From Klebsormidium nitens (Eukaryota > Plantae > Klebsormidiophyceae), in the NCBI GenBank assembly GCA_000708835.1, contig DF237082.1, forward strand, positions 1 to 64,000: a DNA stretch of 64,000 bases, in the 5' to 3' direction. Shown here in pieces: positions 57,186 to 64,000 of this stretch; position 1 is the stretch's first letter; each line of letters opens with the position of its first letter. The notes under the pieces were generated by a model. It had not been told where the DNA came from and made no database searches. It saw only the letters and a list, made by a program, of their open reading frames with translations. Made by a program: the position numbers and the translations under genes.

Positions 57186-60100
57186 ATGGACAACGTCAAG
57201 TCATGGGGCCTGACGTCCTTGAAGGAGATTGACCCCGAGGTTTACAACCTGATTGAGCTGGAAAAGGCGCGCCAATGGAAGGGCATCGAGCTCATCGCGT
57301 CCGAGAATTTCACGTCGCAGGCCGTGATGGAGGCGCTTGGGAGCTGCCTCACAAACAAGTACTCAGAAGGTCTGCCAGGCGCGCGGTACTACGGTGGCAA
57401 TGAGATTGTGGATCAGGTGGAAGTCCTGTGCCAAAACAGGGCCCTTGAGGCCTACTCCCTAGACCCTGAGAAGTGGGGGGTCAACGTGCAACCCTACTCT
57501 GGCAGCCCTGCGAATTTTGCGGCTTACACTGCAATCCTGAACCCCCATGACCGCATCATGGGGCTTGATCTGCCTTCGGGGGGCCATCTCACGCACGGAT
57601 ACTACACCTCAGGGGGGAGGAAGATCTCAGCCACTTCGATCTACTTTGAGTCCCTGCCGTATAAGGTGAACTCCCAGACGGGGTACATCGACTTTGAGAA
57701 GCTGGAGGAGAAGGCGATGGACTTCCGGCCGAAGCTCATCATTTGCGGCGGGAGTGCATATCCCCGGGACTGGGACTACGCAAAGTTCAGGGCGATTGCT
57801 GACAAGTGCGGCGCGATGCTGCTCTGTGACATGGCGCACATCAGCGGCCTGGTGGCTACCAAGGTGAGAGGTTTGTTTGGCGTTTCTTGCTGATGCAAGG
57901 AGATGCAGAATCTTGTCAGGTTCTGGTCTGAGATCCTCGGAAAGTGGTCACCTGCTTCTTACATGCTGAAGTTTGAAGGCTGCGTCGTCAAATATGATCA
58001 GGGGTGGTGGTCATATCACTCAACATTCCTTGGCCACCACTTCTGATCACGCAATACTCCAGCATTAGGTCATACTTCAATCAGCGAGCAATATCAAGCA
58101 GCACTTGATGCGATAAAGCACGCACATGAGAGCACTTGTCAAATCTCTCAAGAAGAGCTGTCGTTTTTGCTTGATGATCAGGTACAGATCTCTCTCAAGA
58201 AGAGCTGTTGGTTTCGCTTGGTGATCACTGTTGAATTGTATCACCAATGCTCAGAGCAGCATTTCTCACACAGCCTACCTATGTTATGGCAGAGGCAAAG
58301 CGGTCTGTGTGCAAACAAGCCTGCGAATTGTCCTACAGGAAGCGGCCAGCCCCTTCGAGTACTGCGAGATCGTCACTACCACCACGCACAAGAGCCTGCG
58401 TGGCCCCCGCAGCGGCATGATCTTCTTCCGGAAGGGCCCTATGCCCCCCAAGAAGGGCCAGGCCGAGGGCGCAGTGTATGACTTTGAAGACCGCATCAAC
58501 TTTGCGGTGTTCCCCAGCCTGCAGGGTGGCCCCCACAACCACCAGGTAAGTTTGTTGCTGGGCGTCTGTGTTGGCTGCGGTTGTTTCGCACAAGTTTTCT
58601 TGCTTGAGAGTGCTTCTTTCCTGACCGGCAGAACTGAGATAGATGTGCTCCTAGAGAAAAGCTTGGTATAGTATGCTGTGACCGCCTGTCCTTTTGTTTC
58701 ACCACCAGGCTATTGGTGGAACCTCTTTACGGAATCTGCCCCTCAATTATGTCTCGGATCTGATCTTGCATATGTCGAATCACTAATGTATTGTTGAGTA
58801 AATTCATTCTGGCGTGATGATCCCCATGTCAGCGCGATGTCAGCAATCTGTTTATGATTGGTCCGTGGCCACACTTTTGTATCAGCTTCACCCTAATGCA
58901 TGATGCGCGCAATCTTCAGATGCAAATTCTGAAGGATCACCAATCCTTTCATTTGTCCTTGATTGTGCTCACATGGTCTGTCATGGAGCCCAAAGGAGAC
59001 CTCTTCCAACCCCCTGCAGATTGCTGCTCTGGCGGTCGCACTCAAGGCCGCGCAGACCCCCGCCTTCAAGGAGTACATCAAGCAAGTCAAGTCGAACGCG
59101 GTTGCCCTGGCCACCGCTCTCACTGGCAAGGGCTACAGCCTCGTTACGGGGGGCACCGAGAACCACCTGGTGCTGTGGGACCTGCGCCCCCTGGGGTTGA
59201 CCGGTACGGTTCAAACTCTCTGATTGATTGAGTCACAAAAACCCGGGTTTGCATAACTTGTGTCATTGCTCCCTGCATTGATGGTGACCAACAGACTTTG
59301 AGATGGTCGCCGCTTGCTGAAGTAATATAGGGCATCGTCTCGCTTAGACTCTTTGAAGGGTCAGCCTCGATGCTGTTCGAATTCTGGTCAATGTGGTCAC
59401 TGACATGATGCAGACATCAGTTTGGTCTTTCTGTCCAGCAGTGAGAAGCTTGGAGACGGCATTTTTCCTGAAGACTCGTTGGTGCTTGCCAAAAGTTCTG
59501 AATCTGGATTAGCGGAAACAAGATGTAATCTTCTAGTGCTCAGAGTCGGGAAAGGTAGGGTCGTCCATCTACTGGCTAGCCTGTGCCGTTTTTGGGTGCC
59601 TTACCTTTGCTCTTTTTGGTGCAGGTAACAAGGTGGAGAAGGTGTGCGAGCTGGCGCACATCACGCTGAACAAGAACGCCGTCTTTGGAGACAGCAGCGC
59701 TCTCTCCCCAGGGGGCGTCCGAATCGGTAAGTGCTCCCCTGCTGCCTACGTGTGTTCAAGAAAGCTTCTATGTCATTGCTTGCAAACGAATGCACCAAAG
59801 TGATTGTTCTTCCTTCTGTCTGCATCCGACTTGAATCGTGAACCTAAGCTACAAATGGCTCTCAGTATGCAGGCTCAGATTTAGAAATGTCCTCCTTTTG
59901 CTGTATCCGCATTTCGAACTTGCAAGGACTGCCTTCTGGTCTGGTCTTCTCTGATGTGCGGAGAAGCCTTGGGCAGTTGAAGTTTGACATCATGCTCGTA
60001 GATCTAGCATCCGGTCCTTGAGTTGTATCAGAGGATACCGTCTGCACACTTTTTAGCTCCAGGGAAGTATTTTGACGATATCCACCTTCGCCTGAGGGAA

Positions 60101-60379
60101 ACGACTTTTTATGTATTGTATGTCCATCTTCCTTGTCCAGGGACTCCTGCCATGACGTCACGTGGCCTCAAGGACGCGGACTTCGCCCAGGTCGCGGAGT
60201 TCTTGGAGCGCGCCGTCAACATCACGCTTGCGGTCCAGAAGGAACACGGCAAGCTGCTCAAGGATTTCAACAAGGGCCTGGAAGGCAACAAGGACATTGA
60301 GACCCTGCGCGCAGACGTCGAGAAGTTTGCATCCTCGTTCGATATGCCAGGGTTCGACGCCTCTGCCCTGAAGAAGTAA
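57186..60379 (+). CDS. SHMT: Serine hydroxymethyltransferase, cytosolic (SHM4-type)
   Basis: Exons 57186-57863, 58339-58545, 59020-59203, 59625-59726, 60141-60379. [37 protein letters not shown] lysine [27 protein letters not shown]. No transit peptide. Confidence 0.97.
58144..58227. repeat. Intronic 37-bp tandem duplication (period 47) in SHMT intron 1
   Basis: 58144-58180 vs 58191-58227, 33/37 identical. Confidence 0.85.
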
Positions 60380-61692
60380 ATTAGGTCAAGGTGACGAAGG
60401 GTGGAGTGGAACCCTCATTGAGGGGTTTTCAGAAAGTTTCCGGACATGTCGAGTTGCTCGAATAGTGGATTGGTGCCAAGGTGCGTCTCTTATGTTAGAG
60501 GGAAACATTGCAGGCATTCAGTGTACCTATTAGTGATTGACTGGTAACCCGCATCATGGGCTGTGATTGAAGTTAGTGAAGCCTTAAAAAGGTTATAAGC
60601 GAACAATACGGTTCCAAAGTACTTTACATGCTTGTCGAACCTTTCGTTGGCGTCGATCAGGTCCTTCCGGATCATGAGAATGCTCCTTAGGTCAGCGCCC
60701 AAAATGACGATATTTTTCCAAATAACCGTCGAACATGACAGTTTCTTGCGGACTCATACAGATTTGAGAACAGAGATCTGAGACTTGTATTTATAAGACC
60801 CTTGAAACTTGTGCGCGTCTATTCAAACCACTATCGATGATTTGCTGGCACGTAATGATATTCAAAGATGGAGTATTGCATTGAACGTTTTGCTAACTCT
60901 TCAGCAGCGCGCACAAGTGATTCAACTCAATCAAATTATATATCGGATGCTTCGTACCCGAGCCTTTATTAATGCTTCGAACTTTATTATAGTAGGGATA
61001 ATTATAGGTAAGCTATAGGGAACTCACCATCAAATTGGCCTGCTGCACCTAGCTGCCCCAAGGATCGACTCAATTACGATCTTTGCATGAGTGTCGCCAT
61101 GCAGATAATGATCCGTGTATGTGTAATATAATGAACTTATTGTGTGCACGGATTCATCGCCAGGGCTCAGCGGCTCCGAGTGTCATGCAAAGTACGTGCA
61201 CATGCGCGCGTTTTGTCTGATGCAGCCAGCCGGCCATATCATCGTATACCCGCCAGGCTTGCACTGCATGCGGGTCGGTTTAAACATATCATCTTGCTCA
61301 ACCAACATATATGCAGATTCAATTGGAGGAACACAGGTCCGAAACATTACGTCTTGAGGCAAGCAATGATGTGCCAGCTACCTAGTCACGTGCTACACAC
61401 AGAACCGGTTCGCGGCAGCCACTGTACAGCAAAGATGTTGCTGCAGAGATTCTTCAAGCAACCAGCACCAAGCATTAGGCGCTTATTTTAATCCTGTCTA
61501 TAGCAAGACGAGTCGACCGTTTATAAGCTCACCTCTATACCCTTGGATGATCACGGCATAAGATTGTTAGCATTCCAAGTTTGTGTCCTGTACGACATGG
61601 TAGCCATCTTTTTGAGTGAGTCATCTGAACTCCCATTGCTAACCATTTACAGTCACCGCTATCTATCAAGGATCGCAAGCTGAGCGGCAAGT

Positions 61693-64000
61693 TTATGCTG
61701 ACGCAGCGGCCTTCTCTTTTGCAAATTCAATGCCCTTCTCGATGCTGTTCTTGAGCTCCGGCTTCAGGGCTTCGAGTGCCCTCTGCTCATACTCTGAAAG
61801 ACCCTCCAGGGGCAGGACAGCCTCCACTCCCATCCGTCCCAACTTGACGCGAGAGGCAAAGAAGGGCAGGTCCGGAATCAGCTGCAAAACGATAATTGCA
61901 ATTAGCGAGGAGACTTGCAGGGGACTTAGTCGCCTGGCTTGTTTCGGGATCTGTGTTGGAGAGGGACCACAGAGCACAAAGAGGAGACGTCTGAGAACTG
62001 CGGAAGACTGTGTTTCGCCTCATGTTGAAACCGACGCTCTATGCTATGCCTGACTGAAAGAATACACATCTTAGCGGCAATCAAACATTGGACAGATCAA
62101 GTGTGCTGCCTGCTACTGCTACTACTGCCTTCGCGTAGACTGGCTCTACTTGGTTGAGCACGTGGTATCGAAATGATCTTTAAACTGTAGAATGATTGCT
62201 GAAGTCGCGAATCAAATCCACGCCAAGATGCTAGGAAGGGTCAAAGATACCATCTTTCCAATCACAACCATTCTAAAACCGCCCAAGTCGTCATTCCAAT
62301 GTTTCATCTTCATCAGACTCCAACTGATATTCTAAGTTGGATTTGGAGAGTTGCAGCAGCTTACGTTTGAGGCAATGTAAGTGCACTCATACACGTCCGG
62401 GTCGCCATCCAGAGCCCTCAGGCTTGATTCAGCAAACCGAGCAGCAGCATACGCCTGCAGAGAGGTTTGCCAACAATGATGCATCAATGCATGAGGAATG
62501 GAACAGGTGTGCAATTCAACGAAAGCTTCTAAGCTATGCTGAGAGCCGTATATGCCTATCCGCCAGCCAAAACTTCTAATCAGAAGCGGAGTTTATGTTG
62601 ATAAACATTCAGATTGATGCCACTGAGGGTCCCAGATTACCTCGTCTTGCAGATCAAGAGCCTCTCCTTTTGAGAAAGAGAGCCCTGCTCGTTCAGAAGG
62701 CAGGAGATCAGGGTCAGCAGTGTGGCCAATGCAATCTGGGTTTTGCCCACTCACCATTGAAAGGGTGGCTGATCCTGCTCCGGCCTTGGCCTGCACATGT
62801 GGAGATTGGACATGTCAAGACAACCTCGCTCTACCACCCTTCTCGAGAGTTAGCAAATGTGCTCCCGAACTGATCCTGTCAACACCAACGACAATCTTGT
62901 TCTACCACCATTTTGAACAACAATTGGGTGCACTCCCAAGGTAATCCTTAAACATCAGCACCACCGGCAATTTAACCTGCAATCAGCACAAACAACACCA
63001 TGCGCAGCAAGTAACACTTTGTTGGAAAAACTAGGTTTGCCGGCACTCAGAAAAATTGCATGATCCTTGAATAAAAGCAAGTGCAGATTCCCTCTTCACT
63101 GCTTCCTTTATAATTGCCATCGATTCCTACTTCGAGCCTCGCACACTCCCTGTTATCGAGTGCGAACCTACATTCGATTCCACTTGTGGTGACAAGGAAA
63201 ACCAGCAGAACTGGAACCTATAGTGTATGCATTCATGGTGGCAAAACACATTAGAAGACAGAACAATGAAGGTCACTGCAAGCTCACCTCGACCACCTCA
63301 GTTCCAGCATTCTGGATCCTCGTTGTCAGCTTGTCAATAATCTCCTCTGACTCGAAGAACGTCTTTGGCTTCACTTTTGACAACAGCGGCAAGATCGTAA
63401 TCCCAGCATGACCACCGATCACAGGGACATCGACATCGATCAACCTCTGCTTTTGCTGCTGCGCCACAAAAGTGTTTGCCCTAACCACATCCAGAGTGGT
63501 CACGCCAAAGAGCCTTGCAGGGTCAAAAACCCCCCGCTTCTTCAGGACCTCGGCAGCGATGGGAACAGTGGAGTTGACGGGGTTGCTGATGATGTGGATG
63601 AGGGCCTTGGGCGCGTGCTGTGCGACTGCATCGACCAGATCTCTTACGATCCCCGCATTGATGTTGAAGAGGTCATCCCGAGACATGCCTGGTTTCCGGG
63701 GGATGCCTGCGGGAATGATGACGAGATCTACATCCTTCAAGGCAGCTGGAAGCTCGTCTTTCCCCGTGAAAGCCTCGACCTTGGCAGGGGTGTTGCAGTG
63801 GCTGAGGTCAGCGGCCACCCCCTTCACATTTGCAATATCGTATAGGTGCAGATCTGAGACGAGGGGGCTCATCTTGACGAGAAGGGACAGCGGCTGCCCG
63901 ATCCCGCCGGCGGCTCCGAGCACAGCGACCTTGTACGTGACAAGGGCGACCACCTGCCCCTTTCTGCTGGCCGCAGCAGCAGTCCTCCTTCCCAATCGCT
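61693..64000 (-). CDS. MDH: Plastid NAD-dependent malate dehydrogenase, 5' end (transit peptide) outside the window
   Basis: Exons 63288->64000, 62755-62790, 62365-62454, 61693-61881. [78 protein letters not shown]. The LYDIANVKG and KMSPLVS signatures match the plastid isoform. Confidence 0.95.

Overview
Eukaryotic, intron-rich genomic DNA from a green plant lineage. The land-plant-like gene set plus a tyrosine-recombinase retrotransposon suggests a streptophyte alga such as Klebsormidium; this is inference. Left to right: (1) the 3' part of a DIRS-order (PAT-like) tyrosine-recombinase retrotransposon with RT-RNaseH-methyltransferase-like pol, a YR, and a perfect 106-bp split direct repeat. 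Its pol is broken by a stop and a frameshift, and the element carries several strong splice signals. (2) Nine spliced host genes: Sec14-like lipid transfer protein (+), an unknown coiled-coil/low-complexity protein (-), thylakoid rubredoxin RBD1 (+), a type-B response regulator (-), a PP2C-2xcNBD-kinase fusion (+), a C2-domain SRC2-like protein (-), PIEZO (+, 17.7 kb), cytosolic SHMT (+) and plastid NAD-malate dehydrogenase (-, 5' end outside the window). (3) Two TIR MITEs, three assembly gaps and several short tandem duplications. Best second-look items: splice-site architecture that could express or fuse Pol and YR; the B1/A2 circle-junction structure; three independent echo copies of an exon 3' end plus its 5' splice site lying 106-146 nt inside the following intron; a GTAC-dense palindromic block in a divergent promoter; and TGCA/CATG-rich zones in all four convergent intergenic regions. 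No CRISPR, rRNA or tRNA seen. All exon boundaries were read by hand from GT/AG signals and recalled protein-family similarity, with no database search.
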